Assembly (NCBI GenBank): GCA_021816845.1
Contig: JAKAWT010000001.1
Location: forward strand, 70,087-134,086
Direction of reading: 5' to 3'
From: a bacterium
GTDB lineage: Bacteria; Patescibacteriota; Dojkabacteria; JAKAPS01; JAJZLI01
DNA length: 64,000 nucleotides
A program made the translations under genes and the position numbers. Below the pieces are notes generated by a model that was not told the DNA's origin, ran no database searches, and saw nothing but the letters and a program-made list of their open reading frames with translations. Numbering within the stretch: the first letter of the stretch is position 1; each line of letters starts with the position of its first letter. Of the stretch, positions 43,495-53,446 are shown one piece after another.

Positions 43495-44496
43495 CTATTT
43501 AAAAATGTATATACCATCTTTAATATCATATGACTTACCACATTTTTGACATACTAATTTTTTAGAATATAAATTCTTAAGATCTCCATGACATATTGGG
43601 CAGCACAAACTATCTTTAAAAATATCTTTAATATCTTTTGCTTTATCTAAAAAATTATTTTTTAAATTATCATCTTTTAAAAGATATAAAAATATGCTTG
43701 GACCAAAATATGTTTTAGAAAATATAATTCCAAATTTATTATCCAAAGATATTAATATGTTCGTATTAAATAGTTTTTTGAAATATTTTTGTCTGAAATT
43801 TGATGCTGAAAAAACTTTCTTAACTATTAAGTGATTTTTTACTAGAGTTTTAATAATATATGAAGGTGAAAAATTTAAGAATATTTGATCATTTAAAAAT
43901 CCTTGAGAATCATTTTTATGCGGAATGGAATAAATATCTTGTTTTCTAAAATCTTTATCTTTAAAATGTCTCATTCTTGATAACATATGATCCTTATTTG
44001 CAAATTCCAAAATAAAACTATTTGATATCACTCTTGATATTTCACTTATTGCAAGATCAGGATTTTCTATATGATGTAAAACCCTAACTAACATGCCTGA
44101 GGAGATTGATCCATCTTTAAATGGCATGTTATATATGTCCCCACAAACTTTAAAAACATTTGAATCTAGATTATTTTTACCTTCTGCTTTTTTTAGATTA
44201 GAAAATGAGTAATCAAAAAGTATTGAATATGAATATTTATTCTGGTATAGATCAGTGAGCCTACCATACCCTCCACCTATATCTATAAATGACCTCGAGT
44301 TGTTGGGTTTAGACTTAAATAGATTATTATCCTTTAATAATTTAGATAGTATATTCCTTTCAGATTGGTTTTCATATTCCCTATCTTTCCAATATTTCCT
44401 ATAATCATATTCTAAATTTGAATCATAATCTTGGACTCGTATTTTTGTATTCAAACTTTTTTTATTAATACTTCTAGTATTGGTCATAGGGTTCAT
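43495..44496 (-). CDS. Class I SAM-dependent methyltransferase with a C-terminal Trm112-like zinc ribbon
   Basis: IDIGGGYGR, MPFKD, RVLHH; C-terminal CPIC..CQKC..YDIKDGI. Confidence 0.85.
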   Translation of the reverse strand: MNPMTNTRSINKKSLNTKIRVQDYDSNLEYDYRKYWKDREYENQSERNILSKLLKDNNLFKSKPNNSRSFIDIGGGYGRLTDLYQNKYSYSILFDYSFSNLKKAEGKNNLDSNVFKVCGDIYNMPFKDGSISSGMLVRVLHHIENPDLAISEISRVISNSFILEFANKDHMLSRMRHFKDKDFRKQDIYSIPHKNDSQGFLNDQIFLNFSPSYIIKTLVKNHLIVKKVFSASNFRQKYFKKLFNTNILISLDNKFGIIFSKTYFGPSIFLYLLKDDNLKNNFLDKAKDIKDIFKDSLCCPICHGDLKNLYSKKLVCQKCGKSYDIKDGIYIFK

Positions 44497-44574
44497 TTTA
44501 CATTAAAAGTATAATATTTTGTAGTCCCTATAAATATTATACTTTTATTATGTTAAACTATATAAAATAGACTT

Positions 44575-44615
44575 GGATCCAGATCCAATGGATCAGAACT
44601 ATTGGATCAAGATCC
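44575..44615. repeat. Intergenic cluster of GGATCnnGATCC palindromic repeat units
   Basis: GGATCCAGATCC-AAT-GGATCAGAACTATT-GGATCAAGATCC. Confidence 0.75.
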
Positions 44616-44641
44616 TCTAATCTAATCAAGTCTAGACTATT

Positions 44642-45568
44642 ATGAAAAATTTTATAAAATTAACTTTATTATTACTGCCAATACTAACAATATTTTTCGC
44701 TAGTAATATATACGCTAAAATTATTCCTGACAAAGGAATCACTCTATCACCTGTAATATCTAAGATAACATTAAATAAGGGAGAAACTTATAATGGTAAA
44801 CTATATATAACATATAATAATAACTCAAAAGTTAATGCAAATATTTTAGTTTATGCATTTAGACAATCAGGTGACACTGCACATCCGAAATTCTCAAACA
44901 AAATAAATAAACTTTCTGAATCAATTCATTGGATTAAGATTCAAAAAAATGTAACTTTGTATCCACATAAATCCATTGCAATTAACTATACAATAAATGT
45001 GGCAAATAATGCATCTCCAGGTGGACATTTCTTATCAATAATAGTATCAATAACTAAATCAGGGAATGAAAAGATTGTCGAATCTGTAGGATCTCTACTT
45101 ATTATTACTATAAATGGAAAAATTATATCTTCTGGATATATACAAAATTTTGGAGCTACAAAAAAAATATTTTTAGAAAATCCAATAAATTTATATCTAG
45201 ACTTTGCAAATACTGGGAATATACAACTATCACCATTTGGGTATATTACAATTTCAAATATATTTGGAAATACAATAAAAGTAATAGAAATAAATAAAAA
45301 TCAATCTTTAGATTTACCAAAAAGTACGAGATTGTATACTACTAATTTTAATTTGAAAAATTTTATTAATCAGTTTGGGATATACCAGGCAACTTTGAAT
45401 CTTACATATGGATACCCAGGGCATTTCGTAAATACTCAAAGTTCTAGTACATTCTATTATTTTAATTATTTATACCTAATTATATTACTTCTTATCATAA
45501 TTGTTATCATACTTTATATAATTAAAAGAAAACATAATAAAAAATTATTGTTTTTTAAAAAATGGTAA
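44642..45568 (+). CDS. Membrane-anchored chaperone-like partner 3
   Basis: GITLSP...HWI...ASPGGH...VGSL; FANTGNIQLSPFGYITISNIFG; C-terminal TM and basic tail; clear paralog of 37976-38977. Confidence 0.75.
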   Translation: MKNFIKLTLLLLPILTIFFASNIYAKIIPDKGITLSPVISKITLNKGETYNGKLYITYNNNSKVNANILVYAFRQSGDTAHPKFSNKINKLSESIHWIKIQKNVTLYPHKSIAINYTINVANNASPGGHFLSIIVSITKSGNEKIVESVGSLLIITINGKIISSGYIQNFGATKKIFLENPINLYLDFANTGNIQLSPFGYITISNIFGNTIKVIEINKNQSLDLPKSTRLYTTNFNLKNFINQFGIYQATLNLTYGYPGHFVNTQSSSTFYYFNYLYLIILLLIIIVIILYIIKRKHNKKLLFFKKW

Positions 45569-47439
45569 AAAAATATTCAATAAAATTTGTTACAGTATTA
45601 AGTATATTCGGATTATTTTTCTTATCAATATATCCAATATTTACTAGTGTACAAGCCGCTTTAATAACACCTTTATCAGATACTATGTCAAACCAAACAG
45701 TATCAGGATCATCAGCAAATAATTTCTCTTTTGATGCAGTATCTGGTATTCCAGCTTCAGGAACAGTGACCATAACATTTCCATCAGGGTTTACTTCTGT
45801 ATCAGTGACTTCAGCAACATCATCTATGTCAGGTGCAACATTTTCAGTTACTGGTAATGTTATAACAGTGACAAATGGTACCACTGCTATAACAGCTGGA
45901 ACTACAGTAACCATATCTAATATAACAGCTACAAACCCATCTATTGCCTCATCATCGACAACACAATATATAATAACAATATCTACATCAGGTGGTGATC
46001 AGGCATCAGTTGGAGTAGTAATAGTAGCATCGTCAACCTATGGATCTGGACCTTCAGGAGATATATATCAACAAGCTATAACCATAAATAGTACAAATAC
46101 AAGTACACTAACTAACTATCAGGTGGAAGTAACATTAAATACTCAAACACTCATATCTGCAGGTCAAATGCAGGCAGATTGTGCAGATATTAGGTTTACA
46201 GATTCTTCTGGGAATCTTCTTCCTTATTGGATTGAATCAGGCTGTGATACAACCTCAACTCAAATATGGATTAAAATTAATACTATAGCAGCATCAACAA
46301 ATACAACAATTTTTTTATATTATGGATCATTAAACGCAGCACCGGAGAGTAATGGACATACTACATTCAATTACTTTGACCAAGGAAGTCAAATCAATAA
46401 TTGGATAACTTCTGGATCATCTGGGCAGAATACAGCTACAGGAGATCCAGCTCCTTCATATTATGCAAACTCTTCAAACGGTGATTATATGTATAAAAAC
46501 ATAAACCTTACATCAAATGAATTACTAACCTTTGATGCTAATACAAATGCATTAGGAGATTTTTATTTTCTTACAAACTCCTCTGGGGCTGGGCAGATGT
46601 ATAGGACAGGTATAAGTTCTGGATGGTTCGGTTTTGCCACAACTAATTCTTGGACATCTTGGACTGCACCTACAGGTACATCTCCAATAAGTGCAAATAC
46701 TTGGAATAAATACCAAATTGCGATTACTTCTCCAACCTCTGCAACATTGTATTATAAACTAACATCAGGAGATTCTCCATTAATAAATGGTACATTACTT
46801 GGAACATATACAATTTCTAATAATGGAGGATATATAGGACTTGTAGGGGACGCAGCAGGATCAAGTAATATTACCTACTGGGATAATATTATTGTTAGAC
46901 AGTACTCTTCCCCAGAACCAACAACAACAGTATCTACAACAGTCACTAATCTGACAAATAACCAGCTACAACTTGAAGTAGGTGTTAATCCTTTTATTAC
47001 ATTCCAGGTTAGTTCTAATTCACTAAACATAGGAACTCTATCACCAACTTTGGTATCATCAGCTACAAATTCATTAACATTATCATCTAATGCTTCCAAT
47101 GGAAGCAATGTATCTGTAATGGATGCTAATGCTGGATTATATAATTCTGCTGATAGTCATAAAATAATATCTACAACCACAACTCTTCAAGCTGGAGTAG
47201 AAGGATATGGAATAAATGCATCTACTACATATTCAGGTTTAAATATAGAATACCCATATAATGGTACTGGAGATAGTATTGGTGGGCTATCCCAAACTGC
47301 ATCATCAACATTATGTTCTTCTACAACAACTGTAAATGCAGCAAATATTGTTATAAATTATCTTGCATCGATTTCAAATATAACCCCATCAGGTCCATAT
47401 CAAGATCAAGTCATTTTCATAGCTACAGGCAATTTCTAA
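45562..47439 (+). CDS. Secreted WxL/Csu-like subunit carrying a DUF2341 and lectin-like insert (subunit D, putative adhesin)
   Basis: N-domain nearly identical to subunit B; DCADIRFTD..G..LPYWIE...IWIK...LYYG (DUF2341); C-terminus SGPYQDQVIFIATGNF. Confidence 0.8.
   Translation: MVKKYSIKFVTVLSIFGLFFLSIYPIFTSVQAALITPLSDTMSNQTVSGSSANNFSFDAVSGIPASGTVTITFPSGFTSVSVTSATSSMSGATFSVTGNVITVTNGTTAITAGTTVTISNITATNPSIASSSTTQYIITISTSGGDQASVGVVIVASSTYGSGPSGDIYQQAITINSTNTSTLTNYQVEVTLNTQTLISAGQMQADCADIRFTDSSGNLLPYWIESGCDTTSTQIWIKINTIAASTNTTIFLYYGSLNAAPESNGHTTFNYFDQGSQINNWITSGSSGQNTATGDPAPSYYANSSNGDYMYKNINLTSNELLTFDANTNALGDFYFLTNSSGAGQMYRTGISSGWFGFATTNSWTSWTAPTGTSPISANTWNKYQIAITSPTSATLYYKLTSGDSPLINGTLLGTYTISNNGGYIGLVGDAAGSSNITYWDNIIVRQYSSPEPTTTVSTTVTNLTNNQLQLEVGVNPFITFQVSSNSLNIGTLSPTLVSSATNSLTLSSNASNGSNVSVMDANAGLYNSADSHKIISTTTTLQAGVEGYGINASTTYSGLNIEYPYNGTGDSIGGLSQTASSTLCSSTTTVNAANIVINYLASISNITPSGPYQDQVIFIATGNF
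45674..45929 (+). repeat. 256-bp intragenic duplication, copy 2
   Basis: About 96% identical to 40055-40310. Confidence 0.92.
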
Positions 47440-47448
47440 AAATATATA

Positions 47449-47817
47449 TTAAAATTCTTTCTTCCCTTTATCAATTATACTGAATGATAGCTCTGCACAC
47501 TTTATCCTTGATAAAGATAGTTCCACCATTAAATCCTCTCTTACCTCATTAAAAAAATCAATATCTATATCATCAATATATTTACCTTTTATTTTATCCG
47601 TAAGAATTGAGGTAGCAGCTTTTGATATTATACAGCCTTCACTTTCAAATGATATATCTATAATTTTCTTTTTATCCTTTTTTATATATAAAGTTATATT
47701 ATCTCCACAAACTGGGTTTTCACCATGAAGTACTAAGTTGTGATCTTTTATCACCCCATAATTCTTTGGATTTTTATATAAATCCATTAAATATGCTCTT
47801 ATCATTTGATTATCCAT
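47449..47817 (-). CDS. sufU: SufU/IscU-family Fe-S scaffold or sulfur-transfer protein
   Basis: NPVCGD, GCIISKA, RIKC. Confidence 0.9.
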   Translation of the reverse strand: MDNQMIRAYLMDLYKNPKNYGVIKDHNLVLHGENPVCGDNITLYIKKDKKKIIDISFESEGCIISKAATSILTDKIKGKYIDDIDIDFFNEVREDLMVELSLSRIKCAELSFSIIDKGKKEF

Positions 47818-47820
47818 ATC

Positions 47821-49044
47821 TTATTTATAATAATCTATAATTTTAGAAAGTGATTTTACAAGTGCATTAATATCTGATTTATCGTTATATATATATAAAC
47901 TAACACGTGAGAGAGCTTGTACATTAAATTTTTTCATCAAAACCTGTGCACAATGATGTCCAGCACGAATTGCTATATTATCTTCATCTAAAAAAGTTGC
48001 AACATCATGAGGATGTACCCCAGAGATGTTGAATGATATAATTCCTGTATCACGAGAATCTCCATATATTTCAACTTCTTTTAAAGTAGATAATTGATAA
48101 TGAGTATACGTGGATAAATCCTTAATATATTTGTGGATATTACTAATCCCTAAATCATTTATATATTCTATGGATTTACGAAATGCTATAATATCAACAA
48201 AATTTGGAGTCCCAGCTTCGAATTTATATGGGGCATCTTTAAAAGTACAAGAATCTTTTGATACAGAAAGTATCATCTCCCCTCCACCATATAATGGTTC
48301 CATTTTATCAAGTAGTTCTTTTCTACCATATAACACACCAACACCCGTAGGTCCCATCATTTTGTGTGCAGAAAATGCATAAAAATCACAATCTATGGTT
48401 TTTACATCAACACCAATATGACCTACTGCTTGAGCTCCATCAATAATTACATATGATCCAACATCTTTTGCCATTTTAGTAATTTTTTTAACATCATTAA
48501 TAACTCCAAGTACGTTAGATATATGCACCACAGATACAATTTTAGGTTCCTTTTGTGTTATTAAATCAAGATTTGTAAACTGACCAGATTTATCTACTTC
48601 AAGATACAAGATATTAAATCCTATTTCTTTTTGTAGGATTTGCCATGGAACAATATTAGAATGATGTTCCATTTCAGACAAAAGTACATTATCTCCTTTT
48701 TTGAGTATAGATTTTGCAAAAGAATATACCACCGTATTCAAACTTTCAGTCGTATTTTTTGTAAATATAATTTCACTAGTTTCAGCATTTATAAAATCGG
48801 CTACAGCTTTTCTAGTTTCTTCATACATAGAAGTTGCTTCCTCTGATATTCGGTATAAACCTCTAAATACATTAGCATTATAGTTCTCATAAACTTTTTT
48901 TATCTCATCTATAACAACTTGAGGCTTTTGTGTAGTTGCTGATGAATCAAGATATATAAAATCTTTCTCCTGTGATCCAGATCCGTGAGATATGGATCCT
49001 TGGAATTTTGCATTTTTAAATATTGGAAAATTTTTTTTATCCAT
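47821..49044 (-). CDS. sufS: Cysteine desulfurase SufS
   Basis: YLDSSATTQKP, EHHSNIVPWQ, SAHKM, RAGHHCA. Confidence 0.97.
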   Translation of the reverse strand: MDKKNFPIFKNAKFQGSISHGSGSQEKDFIYLDSSATTQKPQVVIDEIKKVYENYNANVFRGLYRISEEATSMYEETRKAVADFINAETSEIIFTKNTTESLNTVVYSFAKSILKKGDNVLLSEMEHHSNIVPWQILQKEIGFNILYLEVDKSGQFTNLDLITQKEPKIVSVVHISNVLGVINDVKKITKMAKDVGSYVIIDGAQAVGHIGVDVKTIDCDFYAFSAHKMMGPTGVGVLYGRKELLDKMEPLYGGGEMILSVSKDSCTFKDAPYKFEAGTPNFVDIIAFRKSIEYINDLGISNIHKYIKDLSTYTHYQLSTLKEVEIYGDSRDTGIISFNISGVHPHDVATFLDEDNIAIRAGHHCAQVLMKKFNVQALSRVSLYIYNDKSDINALVKSLSKIIDYYK

Positions 49045-49808
49045 TAAGTTTCCTTATACACTATATTTTTATAACCTTTTTTATCAATTTTATAAGCAAG
49101 ATCTACATCTCCTTCCTGTACTATTTTACCATTAACCATAATACTAACTTTTAGAATATCTAATTTTTCAATAATTCGTTTTGTATGAGTTATGATGAGG
49201 AAAGATGTTCCTTCTTCTTTTAATTTTTTTATACCCTGGCTAATAAGCATAAGACCATCAACATCAAGCCCAGAATCTATTTCATCAAGGATCGCTAACT
49301 TAGGTTTTAGAACTGCCATTTGTAATAACTCAAGTCTTTTTTTCTCTCCCCCAGAAAAACCTTCATTTAGATTACGTGCTATGAAAGCATCATTGATACC
49401 AAGTTCCTTAGATAATTTTCTTAAATCTCTTGCAAATTCAAATATAGGAACGTCAATTTTGTGTATAGCTTTATATGATGCATGCAAAAATGTACCAACA
49501 TTAACTCCTGGTACCTCTACTGGATGTTGAAACGAAAGAAATAACCCCATTAGAGCTTTTTTAGTAACAGATAAGTTTGTAATATCCTTTGATAAAAATT
49601 CTACACTACCAGAGTGTATAGAATATGATGGATCTCCCATTATAACTTGTGCAAGTGTAGATTTCCCGGAACCATTAGGTCCCATTACAGCCTGAATAGA
49701 ATTTTCTGCCATCTTAAAATTTACACCTTTTAAAATCTCTTTATCTTTATATTCTAGATCCTTGTTTAATCTAACATGCAAATTTTTTATCTCTAATAAA
49801 TTCTTCAT
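49044..49808 (-). CDS. sufC: Fe-S assembly ATPase SufC
   Basis: GPNGSGKST, NEGFSGGEKKR, LDEIDSGLD. Confidence 0.97.
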   Translation of the reverse strand: MKNLLEIKNLHVRLNKDLEYKDKEILKGVNFKMAENSIQAVMGPNGSGKSTLAQVIMGDPSYSIHSGSVEFLSKDITNLSVTKKALMGLFLSFQHPVEVPGVNVGTFLHASYKAIHKIDVPIFEFARDLRKLSKELGINDAFIARNLNEGFSGGEKKRLELLQMAVLKPKLAILDEIDSGLDVDGLMLISQGIKKLKEEGTSFLIITHTKRIIEKLDILKVSIMVNGKIVQEGDVDLAYKIDKKGYKNIVYKET

Positions 49809-50197
49809 AATATATCAATTAATTTTATTTCTTCAAATTTAGTTATTATCTCTTTATTTATTGTATTTATGATATGTGCACTTTTACATATTGGAGAATA
49901 TTTACAGTCTCCAGAAAAACAATCTGTCATAGAAAGATTTTTTTCTAATGATACAAAAACATCAATCAAAGATATATTCTCTATTTTCTTAGCTAATATA
50001 TATCCTCCATTTACACCCTCTTTAGATGATAATAATCCTCCATGTTTAAGGTTAGATACTATTTTTCTTGAAAAGGCTAAAGGGATGCCAGTAGACCTAG
50101 ATATCTCCCTAAGTTTGATCTTTTTATTATCCTTAGTACTTTCAAAAATAACAGATAGTATTAAAAGTGCATAATCTTCTTCTTTTGTTAGCCTCAT
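49805..50197 (-). CDS. Rrf2-family transcriptional regulator
   Basis: MRLTKEEDYAL...GVNGGY.L; three Cys near the C-terminus. Confidence 0.9.
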   Translation of the reverse strand: MRLTKEEDYALLILSVIFESTKDNKKIKLREISRSTGIPLAFSRKIVSNLKHGGLLSSKEGVNGGYILAKKIENISLIDVFVSLEKNLSMTDCFSGDCKYSPICKSAHIINTINKEIITKFEEIKLIDIL

Positions 50198-50317
50198 GAA
50201 CTTACACCATAAAAGTATCAGTTCTGAGTATATCAGATTTAATATACTCTAATCAATAAAAATGGGTTCGAATCTGAATATAAGTCTTTTAATAGTGATT
50301 CTCCCTACTTATGTTTC

Positions 50318-50550
50318 CTACTCTAGATATGCCCATGCTTTATCCTCTTCATCTGTATTCCAATTATCTAAGCCACTTAAACTTAGGATATACTCATCAT
50401 TTGTGTTATTCTCTTTTTAGCAGTTTTGGTAATTTTAATTTTACCTGACCTTGCAGTAAGTCCAACTGCATCCTTAAATCTACTTTCCTCAAGCAAGGAT
50501 TCTGGTATATGAATACTTCTAGAACTCCCAATCGTAACAATTGTTGTCAA
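50318..50550 (-). pseudogene. Frameshifted AbrB/MazE-type antitoxin
   Basis: Frame 1 (M)TTIVTIGSSRSIHIPESLLEES...GKIKI; after a shift at GCTAAAAAGAG it continues ENNTNDEYILSLSGLDNWNTDEEDKAWAYLE*. Confidence 0.7.
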
Positions 50551-50644
50551 AAACCTGTCTCTTATTGTGATCTTTTCCTAATTTAAGAGTTTTATATATA
50601 TCATAACTTATTTATATTATGTCTTGCCTATAACAGACAATATA

Positions 50645-50956
50645 CTATTTATCTATAGCATATAATTTACCATTTCTAATCAATGTTTTTAAAACTTTAA
50701 TAGGTCTTGTAGCTGGAAGTGATTGTACCGAACCTGTATTAAGATCAAATTGGGCCCCATGGTGTATACATATAATACTTTCCGAGTCTTCCTGAATAAT
50801 TCCATCTTGCAATGGATACTTTTCATGAGAACACATGTTTTCAAACATAAAAACTCTATTCTCCATTCTATAAACTACAAATTCTCCAAGTTTATTATTA
50901 AAAACCACTGATTGATGCAGAGGAAAATCATTTATATCACCAAGTAGTATTTCCAT
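50645..50956 (-). CDS. Rieske 2Fe-2S ferredoxin
   Basis: CSH...CIHHGAQFDLNTG. Confidence 0.92.
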   Translation of the reverse strand: MEILLGDINDFPLHQSVVFNNKLGEFVVYRMENRVFMFENMCSHEKYPLQDGIIQEDSESIICIHHGAQFDLNTGSVQSLPATRPIKVLKTLIRNGKLYAIDK

Positions 50957-50976
50957 ATTTTATATAATAGATGTAT

Positions 50977-51645
50977 CTAGATACATAAGAATCTTTTATT
51001 TATATCTGACATAATTGTATCATATACTTTATTTTCTCTAATGGGATATAACTGACTTTCTAAAAATCCTTTCACAATTAGGTTCTCTGCTATACTCCTA
51101 TCTAAACCTCTTGATTCAAGATAAAATATTTCATCATCATTGATTTCTGACATAGCTGAATTGTGAGATGCTTTTACATCATCTGGTAATATTTCTAAGG
51201 CAGGAACAACTTTTGATATAACATTGTCAGATAAAAGTAGTGTTTTCTCATCAAAATAATCAAATGAATGTTGAGCATTCCTATCTATTCTTATTAATCC
51301 ATTTATATAGGATTCAGAATTATTATACATAACTCTCCTTACTACAGTACGTGCATTAGTTTCTGGAGATTTATGTATTGAAGATATATTTAAATTGAAT
51401 TTATGAATAGGTATATTTCCTTTACGACTATTATAGAAATCAGCCCTACCAACTTCCAATATATATACATAACAAAAAGAATCAATCCCCTGCAATATAA
51501 AATCAAGAGTTATATTATATTCTCCAGGACTATCTGCAAATAATATATAATTTAGCGTTTCTCCCCTTTTTATTATATACGTATCTGCATATTCTTTTTT
51601 TAAACTGTCAGATAATTTGAAATATATAGTCTTAATACCATTCAT
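50977..51645 (-). CDS. sufD: SufD-like protein (short)
   Basis: PALEILPDDVKASH; FYLESRGL...LIVKGF. Confidence 0.85.
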   Translation of the reverse strand: MNGIKTIYFKLSDSLKKEYADTYIIKRGETLNYILFADSPGEYNITLDFILQGIDSFCYVYILEVGRADFYNSRKGNIPIHKFNLNISSIHKSPETNARTVVRRVMYNNSESYINGLIRIDRNAQHSFDYFDEKTLLLSDNVISKVVPALEILPDDVKASHNSAMSEINDDEIFYLESRGLDRSIAENLIVKGFLESQLYPIRENKVYDTIMSDINKRFLCI

Positions 51646-53081
51646 TAGCCTACTGAATTTTCCATCTCAAGTTTAATTAATCGATTCAATTCAACTGCAT
51701 ATTCCATCGGGAGCTCTCTTGCTATCGGCTCTAGGAAACCACTAACTATAAGACTAGTTGCTTCGTTATAATCAAGACCACGTGACTCTAAATAAAATAA
51801 TTGATCCTCTCCTATTTTAGATACTGTAGCTTCATGTTGTATTAATGGTCTTTTGGCATTATCTACATCTATAGTAGGGTATGTATCTGTTCTTGAATCT
51901 GCATCCATTAAAAGTGCATCACAAACAACATCAGCCTTCATTTTTTCTATATTATTTTCTGCTCTAATAAGCCCCCTATATGTAGTCCTTCCACCATCTC
52001 TTGATATAGATTTAGATATAACTCTAGATGTGGTGTTTGAAGCATTGTGTATAATTTTTGATCCAGCATCTATATGTTGTCTACTTGATGCTGACGCTAT
52101 TGATAAAACTTCCCCATGAGCCCCCTCCTCCATTAGATATACTGAAGGATATTTCATTGTAACCTTAGATCCAAAATTACCATCTACCCAAAACATTTTT
52201 GCATTTTTATAAGCTTTTGCTCTTTTTGTAACTAAGTTATAAACATTTTTAGACCAGTTTTGAATTGTTGTATATCTAACATTAGAATTTTCCTTACACA
52301 CAATCTCAACCACTGCAGAATGAAGAGAATTTTTGTCATAAATTGGTGCCGTACAACCCTCCAAATAATGTACTGATGAAGCCTCTTCTGCCACAATTAG
52401 TGTTCTCTCAAATTGTCCCATTGCTTTTGCATTTATCCTGAAATATGCCTGAAGTGGGGTTTCTACTTTTACTCCCTTTGGAACGTATACAAAAGATCCT
52501 CCTGACCAAACTGCAGAATTTAGAGCTGCAAATTTATTATCATATGGAGGTATTATTGTTGAAAAATACTTCCTTACAATATCAGGATATTGTTGTACAG
52601 CTGAATCCATATCTGTAAATATGACACCTTTATCTTCTAATTCCTTTAGGATACTATGATATACAACTTCACTTTCAAACTGAGCACCTACTCCTGATAA
52701 GAAATTTCTTTCAGCCTCTGGTATCCCTAGTTTATCAAAAGTTTCTTTTATCTCGGGAGAAACATCGGCCCAACTCTTCACAGATTTATCCTGAGCACGA
52801 AGAAAATAATAAAAATCTTCAAAATTTATATCTGATAAATCAGCTCCCCACAAAGGCATTGGTTTTGATAAAAATATATCGTATGATTTCAATCTAAAAT
52901 CCCTCATCCATGAAGGCTCATTCTTCATATATGATATTTCCGCCACTATGTCCTTATTAAGTCCTTTTTTTGCTTTAAATTTATATTTTGATTTTGTTCT
53001 AAATCCAAACTTATATTCGTCTTCTAAGGATTCTCTTATTTTTACATTTGTTTTGCTATTCTTTTGTAATATTTCTTTCAT
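51645..53081 (-). CDS. sufB: Fe-S assembly protein SufB
   Basis: GAQFESE, GQFERTL, EGCTAP, HEATVSKI, LPMEYAVE. Confidence 0.98.
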   Translation of the reverse strand: MKEILQKNSKTNVKIRESLEDEYKFGFRTKSKYKFKAKKGLNKDIVAEISYMKNEPSWMRDFRLKSYDIFLSKPMPLWGADLSDINFEDFYYFLRAQDKSVKSWADVSPEIKETFDKLGIPEAERNFLSGVGAQFESEVVYHSILKELEDKGVIFTDMDSAVQQYPDIVRKYFSTIIPPYDNKFAALNSAVWSGGSFVYVPKGVKVETPLQAYFRINAKAMGQFERTLIVAEEASSVHYLEGCTAPIYDKNSLHSAVVEIVCKENSNVRYTTIQNWSKNVYNLVTKRAKAYKNAKMFWVDGNFGSKVTMKYPSVYLMEEGAHGEVLSIASASSRQHIDAGSKIIHNASNTTSRVISKSISRDGGRTTYRGLIRAENNIEKMKADVVCDALLMDADSRTDTYPTIDVDNAKRPLIQHEATVSKIGEDQLFYLESRGLDYNEATSLIVSGFLEPIARELPMEYAVELNRLIKLEMENSVG

Positions 53082-53194
53082 AATTTGTTATTCACAACTG
53101 ATTATAGCATCTTTATTAATATACATACTAAAATATATAGTTTGTAATAAAAATTAGAGGATAATAATGATATTATATGATAACATTTCTACAT

Positions 53195-53446
53195 TTAAGG
53201 CCAAATTTGATTGCCATTTTCATCTTTTAATATTATTGCAGAAGTTGGACAGCTCTTTGCTGCCTCAAGAATAGTCTCATAATCTGAAACATCTAAGTCT
53301 AATACATACGCACGGTTCTCAGTATTTAGAGCAAATGTTTTAGGATCTATACCAACACAAGAAGCAGCACCAATACAAATATCAGGGTCAATCTCAATAT
53401 ATATTTTCCTGCCTTCGGTAGTTTTATAAATATTATTCTCTGACAT
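53195..53446 (-). CDS. Ferredoxin (probably 3Fe-4S type)
   Basis: CIGAASC...CPTSAI, with the second Cys replaced by Ala. Confidence 0.9.
   Translation of the reverse strand: MSENNIYKTTEGRKIYIEIDPDICIGAASCVGIDPKTFALNTENRAYVLDLDVSDYETILEAAKSCPTSAIILKDENGNQIWP

Noticed and set aside
44575-44615. Palindromic repeats considered as a CRISPR array
   Set aside because: Units are only 12-15 bp, there are no unique spacers of ~30 bp, and no cas genes are present.
40055-45929. Near-identical repeat pair considered as a DGR template/variable repeat
   Set aside because: Mismatches are not adenine-specific, both copies are in coding N-domains, and no reverse transcriptase is in the window.
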